Below, piece after piece: positions 31,097-42,560 of a DNA stretch of 64,000 bases (position 1 is its first letter; every line of letters starts with the position of its first letter). Both the position numbers and the translations under genes were made by a program. Source of the DNA: an uncultured bacterium (GTDB lineage: Bacteria; Chlamydiota; Chlamydiia; Chlamydiales; SM23-39). The stretch spans positions 288,001 to 352,000 of the forward strand of contig OY970323.1 of assembly GCA_963716985.1 (NCBI GenBank). Direction: 5' to 3'. The notes under the pieces are model-generated. The model had not been told where the DNA came from. It searched no databases and saw only the letters and a program-made list of their open reading frames with translations.

Positions 31097-31603
31097 ATGG
31101 CAAGAGAGAGAGAAATGCGGCAGGGGTTTGGGGAAAAAAACTCTGAATGGGAAGAAAAAGTTCTCTATATCAATCGAACGGCCAAAGTTGTGAAAGGCGG
31201 AAGAAAATTTAGCTTTTCTGCTCTGATATTAGTCGGGGATGGCAAGGGAAAAGTAGGGTATGGATTTGCGAAAGCAAATGAGGTCTCCGATGCCATCCGA
31301 AAGGGCACTGATGCGGCGCGTAAGAATGTTTTCACTTTTGAGATGGAAGGCACGACGATTCCCCATGAAGTCAATATTCGATGGGACGGAGCGATGCTGA
31401 TGTTGAAGCCTGCGAAGGAAGGGACGGGAATTGTGGCAGGCTCTAAAGTACGTGCTGTGCTGGAATTAGCAGGTGTAAAGGATGTTGTCGCGAAAAGTCA
31501 AGGCTCCAACAACCCCCTGAATCAGGTACGCGCTGTCGTCAAAGGGCTGAAAAGTTTAAAGAATAAGAAGAAATGCTTGGAAGAAAGAGGACTGGCGACA
31601 TGA
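31097..31603 (+). CDS. rpsE: 30S ribosomal protein S5
   Basis: KVVKGGRKFSFSAL. Confidence 0.97.
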   Translation: MAREREMRQGFGEKNSEWEEKVLYINRTAKVVKGGRKFSFSALILVGDGKGKVGYGFAKANEVSDAIRKGTDAARKNVFTFEMEGTTIPHEVNIRWDGAMLMLKPAKEGTGIVAGSKVRAVLELAGVKDVVAKSQGSNNPLNQVRAVVKGLKSLKNKKKCLEERGLAT

Positions 31604-32067
31604 CACAACTATCCAATTTGAAAGACACCCATCGCATCAGGAAGAAAATTCAAAGAGTGGGAAGAGGCGTTGGCTCGAAGAGAGGAAAAACTTCTTGCCG
31701 GGGCTCTAAAGGAGAAGGCTCGCGACGCGGCTGGAAGAGGATGTATACCTATGAGGGCGGACAGATGCGCCTTTATTGGAAAATTCCTTGCCGCGGATTT
31801 ACAAGAGGTCGTTTTGTAACACCGACGCTTGCTTTGAATTTGAGCACTTTGAATCAATTTTTTCACGATGGCGAAGTAGTCAACAGAGAAACCTTACTTG
31901 AAAAAGGATTTGTTTCGCATTCGTTTTTCCCGCAGGGCGGTTCGGTCAAGATCCTGTCCAAAGGAAGCATAGAAAAGAAAATTACGATTGAAGCAGATGG
32001 TTTTTCAAAAGAAGCGATCAAAAAACTTGAAGATGCAAAAATTTCATATAAAGTCACCCAATCATGA
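31600..32067 (+). CDS. rplO: 50S ribosomal protein L15
   Basis: RVGRG.GS.RGKT, EGGQM. Confidence 0.95.
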   Translation: MTQLSNLKDTHRIRKKIQRVGRGVGSKRGKTSCRGSKGEGSRRGWKRMYTYEGGQMRLYWKIPCRGFTRGRFVTPTLALNLSTLNQFFHDGEVVNRETLLEKGFVSHSFFPQGGSVKILSKGSIEKKITIEADGFSKEAIKKLEDAKISYKVTQS

Positions 32068-33431
32068 TAGAAAGTTTGCGAAGAATTTTTTCCCTACCTG
32101 AGTTGCGGACAAAGATTTTTTTCACTTTGCTGCTTCTTGCCGTTTGTCGTTTGGGAACGTTTATTCCTGTCCCGGGAATTAATGCCGATATTGCGGTGCT
32201 GCTTTTCCGCAATGCGACGCGAGGATCGCAAAATCTCTTCCAGCTGATGGATATTTTCTCCGGTGGTGCTTTTGCTCACATGACCGTTTTTGCTTTAGGA
32301 ATCATGCCCTACATCTCTGCTTCGATCATCATGCAGCTTGTCGTAGCCCTCATGCCCTCCTTTCAAAGAGAGATTAAGGAAAACCAGGATTTGGGAAGAA
32401 AAAAGCTTTCTAAATGGACGCGCATTGGAACCATGGGGCTTTCTATTTTTCAAGCAGGAATTTTTGCAAAATATGCGGTCGGAATCAATGCGGCAACTCC
32501 CGGCATTATCGTCAGCCACATGGATCAGGTACGCGCTTTTGGAGTGCCCTGGCTTTTCTATATCACGGTGATGCTGACAATGACTGCAGGAACTCTGTTT
32601 CTGATGTGGATCGGAGAGCAGATTACCCAAAAAGGAATCGGAAACGGAACCAGTTTGATCATCACTGTGGGAATTCTCTCCTCCCTTCCCGGCACGATCG
32701 GCTCGATTATCAAGCAGCTCAATTTGGAATCGCAGGAAGCCGGCCAGATGACCTTTTCTTCCCTTGTAATTCTGTGTTTGGTTTTCGTGCTGATCATTGT
32801 AGGAACCATTTTAGTCATTCAGGGACAGAGAAAAATTCCCTTGCAATATGCGCGCCGCATGGTGGGCCCTCGTGAAATGCAGGGGGGGTCTTCCTATATC
32901 CCTCTCAAAATCAATTATGCCGGGGTCATTCCGGTCATTTTTGCCTCCTCTCTCCTCATGTTTCCGGCAACGATCGGTCAGCTTTTAGGGCAGGGATGGC
33001 TCATGACTTTGTCTCAGTTTCTATCACCCGGAAGTTGGGGATACTTAAGCCTTTACGTTTTTCTTATTTTATTTTTTACCTACTTTTGGACTGCAACGCA
33101 GTTTCATCCGGAACAGATTGCCTCCGATATGAAGAAGAACGGAGCTTTTATCCCCGGAATCAGGCAGGGAAAGCCTACGCAAGAATTTTTAGAATCGACG
33201 ATGAACCGAATCACTCTTCTTGGTGGAGTTTTTTTAGCGCTTATTGCTATACTACCGGCACTTGTTTCTCGCTTGCTTGGAGTGGATAATCGTATTAGTC
33301 ATTTTTTTGGAGGAACCTCTCTTTTGATTTTGGTGGGAGTGATCCTCGACACATCGAAACAAATTGAATCGCACCTGCTTATGAAACGTTATGAAGGTTT
33401 CATGAAGAGAGGAAGAATAAGTGGCCGTTAA
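32064..33431 (+). CDS. secY: Preprotein translocase subunit SecY
   Basis: [26 protein letters not shown]. Confidence 0.98.
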   Translation: MIESLRRIFSLPELRTKIFFTLLLLAVCRLGTFIPVPGINADIAVLLFRNATRGSQNLFQLMDIFSGGAFAHMTVFALGIMPYISASIIMQLVVALMPSFQREIKENQDLGRKKLSKWTRIGTMGLSIFQAGIFAKYAVGINAATPGIIVSHMDQVRAFGVPWLFYITVMLTMTAGTLFLMWIGEQITQKGIGNGTSLIITVGILSSLPGTIGSIIKQLNLESQEAGQMTFSSLVILCLVFVLIIVGTILVIQGQRKIPLQYARRMVGPREMQGGSSYIPLKINYAGVIPVIFASSLLMFPATIGQLLGQGWLMTLSQFLSPGSWGYLSLYVFLILFFTYFWTATQFHPEQIASDMKKNGAFIPGIRQGKPTQEFLESTMNRITLLGGVFLALIAILPALVSRLLGVDNRISHFFGGTSLLILVGVILDTSKQIESHLLMKRYEGFMKRGRISGR

Positions 33432-33451
33432 AGAAAAAGAGGATATGGGAC

Positions 33452-33835
33452 ATGCCAAGGATTATTGGAATTGATATTCCAGAGAATAAGAGATTAGAAG
33501 TGAGTCTGACCTACATTTATGGGATCGGAAGAAAACTTTCAAAAAAGATTCTTGAAAGTGTTGGGTTAGATCCTAATAGGAAGGCAAAAACTCTGACCGA
33601 AGAAGACATTGCCAAGATCACGGCTCTCTTGCAAGAAGAGTATACTGTAGAGGGCGATTTGCGGCGTCAGGTGCAAAACAATATCAAGCGTTTGGTCAGC
33701 ATTCATAGCTACCGCGGCATGCGTCATCGCTTAGGACTGCCGGTGCGCGGACAGAGAACGAGAACAAATGCGCGAACCCGTAAGGGCAAGAGAAAAACAG
33801 TTGCGAATAAGAAAATACAAGTAGCTAAGGGATAA
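33452..33835 (+). CDS. rpsM: 30S ribosomal protein S13
   Basis: [18 protein letters not shown]. Confidence 0.98.
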   Translation: MPRIIGIDIPENKRLEVSLTYIYGIGRKLSKKILESVGLDPNRKAKTLTEEDIAKITALLQEEYTVEGDLRRQVQNNIKRLVSIHSYRGMRHRLGLPVRGQRTRTNARTRKGKRKTVANKKIQVAKG

Positions 33836-33851
33836 TTGAAGGAGATTTGCA

Positions 33852-34304
33852 GTGGCAAAGCAACAACAACAACAAGGTAAAACGCAAGGATCGGCAGAAA
33901 CATCTCAGTCCGGACAAAAAAAACCGACGATTCGCGCGCGAAAAAAAATCGCCAGAACCGTTCCTATGGGAGTGGCGCACGTAAAGGCAACTTTTAATAA
34001 TACGATTGTCACGATAACGGATCCTTCCGGGAATGTGATTGCATGGTCTTCTGCGGGAAAATCAAATTTTTCCGGCTCTAGGAAGTCTTCTGCATTTGCA
34101 GCGACGGTTGCTGCGCAAAATGCGGCGAAAGAAGCAATGACGTGCGGAATGAAAGAATGCGAAGTGAATCTCAACGGACCCGGTGCCGGTCGGGAATCGG
34201 CAGTGCGAGGCTTGCAGAGCGCGGGACTCACGATCCTTTCCATACGAGATATGACCCCGGTTCCTCACAACGGTTGCCGCGCCCGTAAGCGAAGACGCGT
34301 TTAA
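33852..34304 (+). CDS. rpsK: 30S ribosomal protein S11
   Basis: TFNNTIV, PHNGCR. Confidence 0.97.
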   Translation: MAKQQQQQGKTQGSAETSQSGQKKPTIRARKKIARTVPMGVAHVKATFNNTIVTITDPSGNVIAWSSAGKSNFSGSRKSSAFAATVAAQNAAKEAMTCGMKECEVNLNGPGAGRESAVRGLQSAGLTILSIRDMTPVPHNGCRARKRRRV

Positions 34305-34330
34305 GATTTACTCATAAGGGAGAAAGAACA

Positions 34331-35437
34331 ATGGCAGTTAAATATGGCAAATTTGAGATGCCAGAAAAAATTATTATCGATGAATCGACGAGTCGATTGC
34401 CCATTTTTTGCCGGTTCATTGCGGAACCGTTTGAAGGTGGATTTGGGCATACGGTGGGAAATGCTTTGCGGCGCATTCTGTTGTCGGCGCTAGAAGCCCC
34501 TGCCATCATCGGGATCCGATTCGAAGGAGTGCCCCACGAATATCTCGCGGTGGATGGAGTTGTCGAAGACATCACCCATTTGATCCTGAATCTGAAAGGG
34601 GCTCTTTTACGCTATCTTCCAAGCGATGAAGAAGACCGATCGAGAAAGGCGAAGCTGCTCACGCATGCTTTAGAAGTGACCCAAGAAGATCTCGATGCCG
34701 GAAAGGGAAGCCATGTGGTGACTCTGAAGCAATTGATGGGGCCTTCTTCTCCTTATGAAATCATGAATCCCGATCATCCGATTTTCACGGTCACAAAACC
34801 CATGAAAAAGCAGGTAGACGTCCGCGTGGGTATCGGAAAGGGATATCTTCCTTCGGAAAGCAATACCACATTTGAAAAAATGGTTGATGAAATTGTCATT
34901 GATGCTTGTTTCTCTCCGATTCGTCTTGTGAACTATTTTGTGGAAAATACACGTGTCGGACAAAACATCGATTATGACCGTTTGATTTTGGAAGTGACGA
35001 CCGATGGGCGTATTACTCCTCAAGAAGCACTTACCTTTGCGACGCAGATCGGCATTCAGCATTTGCAAGTATTTGAACAGCTCAAGACGCACGAGCTCAC
35101 CTTTGATAAGGGCGAAGTGGAAGCGAATAAAGAGCGCGATGAAATGATGAAGAAACTCTGTTTGAAGATCGGGGAAATTGAACTTTCCGTACGTTCTACA
35201 AATTGCCTTCAGCTTGCAAATATTGATACGATTGGAGAACTCGTTGTGATGCCGGAAGCAGAAATGTTGAAGTTTCGCAATTTTGGCAAGAAATCTCTGA
35301 CCGAGATCAAGGAAAAGCTCGAGGAAATGGGCTTAAGTCTTGGCATGGATTTGAGCAAATACAACATCACAAAAGACAATATTAAGGCAACGATTCAAAA
35401 ATTCATGGAAGAAAACGCAGGGAAAGAAGAGACATGA
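34331..35437 (+). CDS. rpoA: RNA polymerase alpha subunit
   Basis: [26 protein letters not shown]. Confidence 0.97.
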   Translation: MAVKYGKFEMPEKIIIDESTSRLPIFCRFIAEPFEGGFGHTVGNALRRILLSALEAPAIIGIRFEGVPHEYLAVDGVVEDITHLILNLKGALLRYLPSDEEDRSRKAKLLTHALEVTQEDLDAGKGSHVVTLKQLMGPSSPYEIMNPDHPIFTVTKPMKKQVDVRVGIGKGYLPSESNTTFEKMVDEIVIDACFSPIRLVNYFVENTRVGQNIDYDRLILEVTTDGRITPQEALTFATQIGIQHLQVFEQLKTHELTFDKGEVEANKERDEMMKKLCLKIGEIELSVRSTNCLQLANIDTIGELVVMPEAEMLKFRNFGKKSLTEIKEKLEEMGLSLGMDLSKYNITKDNIKATIQKFMEENAGKEET

Positions 35438-35862
35438 GACACGCAAAACATACATTTAAAATTGGCCGCACCGGATCCCACAATCGTTGTTTGATGGCCA
35501 ACATGCTCAAATCTCTCGTAGAGCATGGACGTATTGAAACTTCGATTACAAAGGCCAAAGAGTTGCGACGCCATGCCGATAAGCTGATCACTCTTGCGAA
35601 GAAAAACACGTTGGCAAGCCGCAGACTTGCCATTGGCCGCATGATGATTCGTTTTAATTCTCTCACGCCGAAAGAAAAGAAGCTGGCGAAAAAAGGGGAT
35701 ATCTCCTCTTATAATGGCGATCGCCTTGTGGTGACTAAGCTTTTTGGGGAGCTTCGAGAGAGGTTTCAATCGCGAAACGGCGGCTACACGAGGATCATCA
35801 AAACGGATTTTAGCGTAGGAGATCAATCTCCCAAGTGCTTGATTGAGTATTTGCAGGAATAG
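35434..35862 (+). CDS. rplQ: 50S ribosomal protein L17
   Basis: [11 protein letters not shown]. Confidence 0.97.
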   Translation: MRHAKHTFKIGRTGSHNRCLMANMLKSLVEHGRIETSITKAKELRRHADKLITLAKKNTLASRRLAIGRMMIRFNSLTPKEKKLAKKGDISSYNGDRLVVTKLFGELRERFQSRNGGYTRIIKTDFSVGDQSPKCLIEYLQE

Positions 35863-35916
35863 GGATTCTTTCCTTGAAAGCTTCCGACTTTACATTCAAG
35901 TTTTTCTTGATTATGA

Positions 35917-36957
<1,041 letters not shown>

Positions 36958-36959
36958 AT

Positions 36960-37682
36960 GTGAATTTTACCCGTGAACCAATGATCGAAACGGTGATTAC
37001 GCCGAAAGAAGGTTGCAAACTTTCTGTGCATAGCAGCAAGGTTCCTGGACAAGAGGAGTATGTTGTAGATTCTGTGGAAGTGGTTTCCTTTGGAAGAGCC
37101 CATTTTTTTCGCTCTCTGGAAAAACCGAAGCCCTTTCTTGTTCCCGTGACGGATTATGAAATTGTGGAAGTCAAAGAAGCCCGCATGGTCCTCAAGGGAG
37201 TGGGATTTGAGAAATCGATCAAGATCGGCGGCGGCAGAGAAGCCCTACGCGAAGTGCCGGAAGAAAAGGTTTCTCCGCAGCAGGGAGAAGAGGGAGTGGC
37301 TCAAGAAGAGCCACAGCCGTCTGTCACGCCCTATCAAGAAAAGAAGCGAGGAAAGAGATATCGAAGAAAAGGCCATCATCCCCGCGATGAGTCTTTCACG
37401 CCTCAGCCCCAATCGCAAGAGTCTCCCGCGATTGCAGAGTCTTCTGAAGCGAAGAAAGAGGCGGAAGCAGCCCCTGTCGTTGTCCGCAAGTTGATTCCTC
37501 CTCCAAGCACGCTGATCAAAGAGAAGTTAGCGCGCATCAAGGGGGCTCTCGACGAAGAGCTTTTTCCTGCCAACGAAGTGACCCTTTCTGAAGGGGAGTC
37601 TCTGAAGGTAGAGGAAAAGATCGAAGAGAAAAAAGAGCCGGAAGAGGAATTTCCCTCCTTCAATCAAGACCAAATTGACTAA
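36960..37682 (+). CDS. grgA: Chlamydia-specific transcription factor GrgA (CT504) homolog
   Basis: N-terminus FTREPMIETVITPKEG..KPFLVP..DYE resembles CT504; located directly after gap as in Chlamydia. Confidence 0.8.
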   Translation: MNFTREPMIETVITPKEGCKLSVHSSKVPGQEEYVVDSVEVVSFGRAHFFRSLEKPKPFLVPVTDYEIVEVKEARMVLKGVGFEKSIKIGGGREALREVPEEKVSPQQGEEGVAQEEPQPSVTPYQEKKRGKRYRRKGHHPRDESFTPQPQSQESPAIAESSEAKKEAEAAPVVVRKLIPPPSTLIKEKLARIKGALDEELFPANEVTLSEGESLKVEEKIEEKKEPEEEFPSFNQDQID

Positions 37683-37687
37683 TTGTT

Positions 37688-37771
<84 letters not shown>

Positions 37772-37970
37772 TTTTTCGAAAGACAACCAAAAGTTTGGTT
37801 TTCGTCTGGACGAGAAGTGAGGGGCTCTATCGACGAACCGGCGGGAAACCCGGAGTTCAGTTCCGAGCATTCTTATTGTAAGTGAGTTATGTAATGTTGC
37901 ATAACCTCCTAACAACTAAAACAAATCATTCTGGGTCAAAGTTTAGCGTCTTTAAAAATGGAAGATCCGT

Positions 37971-38023
37971 TATATGTAACAAAGGTACTCATTGACTTTT
38001 AGTGAGTGCCTGTGTTACATATA
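37971..38023 (+). promoter_or_regulatory. abiE promoter/operator: 21-bp inverted repeat flanking a TTGACT -35 box
   Basis: tatatgtaacaaaggtactca / tgagtgcctgtgttacatata (19 of 21 match). Confidence 0.7.
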
Positions 38024-38028
38024 GGAAT

Positions 38029-38625
38029 ATGAAACGATCTAAGTATCAACATCTTCTTGACCCCCTCCTCAAAGAGCCTATGTTCAAGGCCAGTGAGGCT
38101 CGTTCTAGGGGGATTCCCCCTCGAATGCTGGCACATTTTTGTCAGAAAGGGGTGATTGAAAGAGTTGGGCGCGGGCTATACCGGGTAGCCGAAGCCGCTA
38201 GCGGAGTAAACCTTGATTTTGAAGAGCTTGTACTCACCGTTGCGAGTATCCCTAAAGGGGTCATTTGTCTGATCTCAGCGCTTTGCTATTACAACCTGAC
38301 CGATCAGATCATGAGAGAGTATTGGATTGCCATTCCCAACACCGATAAGAGCCCGAAGCGCCCTCATACTCGAATCGTTCGAATGAGGAATATGAGCCTC
38401 GGATTAACAACTGTAAAGATGGGGAGATATAAGGTAAAAATTTTTGATCGCGAAAGAACCATTGTCGACTCATTTCGATATTTGAGCGATGAAATTGCTA
38501 TCAAGGCTCTTCAAGCCTACTTACAACCTTCTGGCAAAAAGAAGGCAGACCTGCCAAAGCTTTCAAGATATGCTAAGGAGTTAAGAATCAATATTAATTC
38601 ATATATTATGGCTTTAACAACATGA
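38029..38625 (+). CDS. Type IV TA antitoxin, AbiEi family
   Basis: wHTH IERVGRGLY, GVICLISAL, ERTIVD. Confidence 0.88.
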   Translation: MKRSKYQHLLDPLLKEPMFKASEARSRGIPPRMLAHFCQKGVIERVGRGLYRVAEAASGVNLDFEELVLTVASIPKGVICLISALCYYNLTDQIMREYWIAIPNTDKSPKRPHTRIVRMRNMSLGLTTVKMGRYKVKIFDRERTIVDSFRYLSDEIAIKALQAYLQPSGKKKADLPKLSRYAKELRININSYIMALTT

Positions 38626-39464
38626 TATCTGCATTAGAACAGTCATTTAAAAAACGACTACAGCTCATTGTGAAGGAAAGAGATGTAACTCCTGCTGAAG
38701 TTTGGCAAAACGTCATCACAGAAAGATTTCTTGTGCGTCTATGCCGATCGCCTTACCACTCGCATTTTGTCCTAAAAGGAGGAACGCTATTGGCTCGGTA
38801 TATGGATATCGGCAGAGAAACAAGGGACCTGGACTTCACGATTCAACGACTCAGCAATGAAATCAGCACTTTGCAGAAGACTTTTAATGATATTGTGAGG
38901 ATTGAGGTAGAGGACGGGTTTGTTTTTATGAATCCAATCGTCGCCCCTCTCGAGCATTTTCACATGGAGTATCCCGGCGCTCACGTCAAAATAGAGGTTC
39001 GTTTTGGCAAAGCCAAATTTCCTCTCTTCATTGATCTAGGATTTGGCGATCTGGTCCAGGTGCACGAGAAAGAGTTTTTGCTTCTCTCAAATTCCAAAGG
39101 GCCTTTGTTCGAACCGTCGCTAGTAGTCAATTGCTACCCGATGGAATTTGTGTTTGCAGAGAAGCTTGAGACAGCAATCTTTCGAGGGGCTGACAACAGC
39201 CGGATGAAAGACTTTCACGATTTGTACACGCTTGTCTCTTCTGAAAAGATTTTGGATAGAAGGGATACGGCCAAAGCGATCCGGCTGGTATTCGAGCATC
39301 GAAAAACGCCGCTCCGACTCCCGATTCAATTTGACGTCTTGGAATTAGCAGCTCTACAAAAATATTGGGGGCGTTATCACCAGACGGTGACAGTTTCGGC
39401 TTGCTTGCCCAATCAAATAGGAGAATTGATCTGTCGTATTAATGATTTTTTAGTTATAAAATGA
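38622..39464 (+). CDS. Type IV TA toxin, AbiEii nucleotidyltransferase
   Basis: FVLKGG..L, R.TRDLDF, AEKL, SRMKDFHD; ATGA overlap with the antitoxin. Confidence 0.9.
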   Translation: MISALEQSFKKRLQLIVKERDVTPAEVWQNVITERFLVRLCRSPYHSHFVLKGGTLLARYMDIGRETRDLDFTIQRLSNEISTLQKTFNDIVRIEVEDGFVFMNPIVAPLEHFHMEYPGAHVKIEVRFGKAKFPLFIDLGFGDLVQVHEKEFLLLSNSKGPLFEPSLVVNCYPMEFVFAEKLETAIFRGADNSRMKDFHDLYTLVSSEKILDRRDTAKAIRLVFEHRKTPLRLPIQFDVLELAALQKYWGRYHQTVTVSACLPNQIGELICRINDFLVIK

Positions 39465-39630
39465 TGAGGTTTTTGTGTCAGATAATTTAGAAGTTAATAA
39501 ACAAGTGGGAAAAGAGGCCAATGAAAAGCTTGCGCAGAGTAACCCATTGAGCCAAAAACGATATTTTTCAGGCGCCTGGTACGTCCTTAAAAACCCATGG
39601 CACGCTTGCCACGGCTTGTTAAGGAAGTTT

Positions 39631-41230
39631 TTATCCTGATGGTCTCAAAGCAATTGCTTGGTATTTTTCGCGAACTGCGCCAGCCAAGTCAAAAGGCTGT
39701 CTCCTAAACCAAGTGGTTAGATATCCCCAGAAACTCACGCCGAGTCTCGCGCATGTCTGCTTTAGCGTCAATAATCCATCCCGGAATTCTCTACCTTCTT
39801 CACTTTTGGTGGTCCCAGAAATATTTCTTCGCTTAGCTACGCCTCTGATATCCCTCTCGCTGTCATTATTGTGCAGGGGAAGACCGGGATGATCGAGTGC
39901 TTTTAGCATTTCCTCGCGATATTGGGCAAACGAGGCAATGACTTCATTAATCCCCGGGCTAATGCTTTTCATGGCGATCAACCGGTCGTATAATTCGTGT
40001 ACTTCTGCCTTGCCGGTTTGCGTTTGAGCGGCTTCTTTCAATTTGTCATACAGAATCCAAATCGCCCCTCGTACTTGTCCAAGTTCTTGTTCTGCTTCAA
40101 CAGTAGCACATTCCAATTTGCGCAAAGGACGCTCCATGTGAACCCAACATCCGGCATGATCAAAAACTGCGAATTGTCCCGCTCGATCTGACAGCAGGAC
40201 TTGACCCGGTTTTAAGATTGTTTCACTGATAAAACCGACCAACCCTGCTTCAAGACATTGTCGCCGTAGTTGTTTGCTATTGATTCCCAAACTGTTTAAC
40301 AAGCGATTGAGCCCTCTTTTTTTTCGATATTTTTTTCCCATATGCTCTTCGAGTCGGTTGAGCCAATCATTTTCCACGCCACATTGAAAGAGGTGCCATA
40401 TAAACGCTTCATTGATCGCATAACCCTCTTTTCCTTGGAGTAAGATCCTCAGGAAATTTTCTCGCGATTTACCGCAAGCCGTCGTGTAGTAGGCAAAATA
40501 TTCGCCTCCTATATGCGTGCAATACACATTTTTGTGCCGATGTTTCTCTCCGGTGTCGTCCGTGCGAATGTAGGGAGCTTCTTTAATCCCTGCAGTCAAG
40601 ATTCTTTCGCTTTCTTCGTGATACGCGTTAGATTCATTCATGAGAATGTTATGAACTTGTCCTTCAGAAATTTCGATTCCGGATCCTTGCAGAAGATCGA
40701 AAAGCCCGGGTTCGGTCATCCCCAAAGCATAGAGATTGTGAACAAGTGCACGTAGTTGATGGCCAAAGTGAGACCCTTGAATTTCAGGAGGCAACGGAGC
40801 ACGTACTATGGAACCATCGGGCAACTGCCATACTTCGAGCTTATAGGTTATCTCTTTAGGAATCATCTCCAGCTCTTGAACGACATACGTTTGGTAGCCT
40901 TTAAACCTAAAAACGGCAGTTGAACCGCTCCGCACAATCAAAACTTTCGCGATTCTCCTCTAAAAATCAATGTTATTGCTCAAATTTATCCACTCACCTA
41001 TTGGGTGGGCGTGAAAGTTCAAGATAGAATTTATTTCTGAGAGAGAAATTTACAATTTTCAGGTCATGCGGAGCGGTTCAACTGCCGTTTTTAGGTTAAA
41101 GCGAGATCTTTCCGGGATTCCCGGAGCCGGAACATGCACTTCCTGTTGCACTTTTTGCGGAGCCATTCTATTCGCAGTGTTCGAACCTGTGCCGCTAGTA
41201 TTATTGCCGGGAGCTCCACTTCTTCCCCTA
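39631..41230 (-). pseudogene. IS66-like DDE transposase, interrupted by a MITE and N-terminally truncated
   Basis: TDDTG, LSDRAGQF, CWVHMER, PLHNNDSERDIR; the frame continues across the MITE as ...APGIPERSRFKGYQTY... Confidence 0.8.
40906..41095. mobile_element. 190-bp MITE with perfect 29-bp IRs (cctaaaaacggcagttgaaccgctccgca)
   Basis: 5-bp TSD ttaaa (40901-40905, 41096-41100); removal restores the host reading frame. Confidence 0.9.
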
Positions 41231-41746
41231 ATCCTTTAGATGAAGCAATATATTTATCTAAACCTGAGTTTCTCAAGCATTCTTGCGCACCGCGGATTCC
41301 TCCGGATCCGCACTTGTTGTTGTATATAATTGCAAGGGCTAGTCGTTGTAATAATGCGCTGCCTGCCGGTGTTGAAAAAAACAGTGCAATCTCTTCCGCA
41401 TTTTTTGAATTTTTTTGCTTTATCCACGTTTGCATGGTGGAATTGGGAATGTTGAGAAGCTTTGTTATTTCTCGTGCTGAGTTGATACTGTTTGCATTGA
41501 CAATTACCTCAAAGGCTACAATTTTACGAGAGATTTCCGGAGAAGCTCGATGAATTTTTAATCTTTTTGCTGTTGCTTTTTGATCGGGAGTTTGGGAAAC
41601 TAAATCCATTGAATTTTTCCTTTACGACAAGTTTTTGTTTTAAGCGACAAATTGTTGTATTGGAAAAATTCTTTTTTTTACAGTTTTAACATCTCCTTTT
41701 TCAGTAATTTTTGACCGAAATTTTCTCTCTCAAAGTGAACAAGGCC
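41231..41746 (-). mobile_element. Left end (GGCCTTGTTCACTT at 41746) plus truncated DUF6399-like ORF starting at 41609
   Basis: End shared with the 124-bp MITEs; protein has an HTH and FFSTPAG..LQRL..GGIR...SGLDKYIASS resembling DUF6399. Confidence 0.7.
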
Positions 41747-42012
41747 GATTTTTCAGATCTGAAATGAGACCAGTCCTTTATCACGTAAATGAGGAATTAA
41801 CGAGATGGGTAAAAAGGAAGTATAAAAAGATGAGAGGACACTTTGGAAGAGCCATGAATCTGTTGGGGAAAGTTGCGAAAAACAATCCTCAGCTATATGG
41901 GCATTGGAAAATGGTGAAACCTCCTTGCTGAATAATAAGAGCCGTATGAAACGAGAGTTTCACGTACGGATCCGTGGGAGCCTAAGGGGGAAGTTCCTTT
42001 GGGCTACCCGAC
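41747..42012 (+). mobile_element. 3' fragment of a group II intron (maturase X-domain tail, domains V and VI)
   Basis: ...LTRWVKRKYKK...LYGHW; DV gagccgtatgaaacgagagtttcacgtacggatc (41939-41972); DVI ending ctacccgac. Confidence 0.88.
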
Positions 42013-42145
42013 TAACCACGCTATCCGCTGTAGTCGTTGCGGACACTGCATCTATAAGATCCACTGTCGCTCCAGCTCTGTAAGGAAAGAGCTGAAATAA
42101 GCGATGACGAAAAGTTTGGAATTTAGCTACTATTAATTCGATCAT
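42013..42145 (-). pseudogene. N-terminal fragment of an IS701-like transposase, target of the intron
   Basis: FQTFRHRLFQLFPYRAGATVDLIDAV...SVV resembles N-termini of this transposase group. Confidence 0.55.
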
Positions 42146-42560
42146 GGGGCCTTTGGTTGTTTTTTTGTCTTTCAACAAAAAATTCCAACCCATGATCATT
42201 TTTTTGGAAAGTAATTTTTTTGATTTTGCCTAAACATTAATCAACTACTGGGCAGCGAGACTCAAATTCCTTTGAACTGATTTCGCGACAAAGGAGCGAA
42301 ATTAGTCCAAAGTCCAGATTGGTGCAATTCTTGTCTTTAAGATTCTCTTTGTCAATGCATTGAGATAATAGTAAAAATGTGTTTCGGTGCAATTCAAGAA
42401 AAAATTTCCATCATGTCAAAGAGCTGAAAATAAATTTCTCGATTGTCCTTTGTCGAGCTCTGAAAAAAGCAGGACTTTTCTCGAGTTTCTGCGTGAAGAC
42501 TGAAAAAATATTTTACAAATAGTTGTTAAAAAATGAGAGTGTTTGGTAAATTTTTTCCTT

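Noticed and set aside
23742..35862. rpsJ, rpsN, rpmD, adk, infA, rpmJ and rpsD are missing from the ribosomal cluster
   Set aside because: This is the usual Chlamydiota arrangement (genes are elsewhere or absent)
41960..42199. 79-aa ORF as an intact gene
   Set aside because: Chimera of a transposase N-terminus and antisense intron sequence
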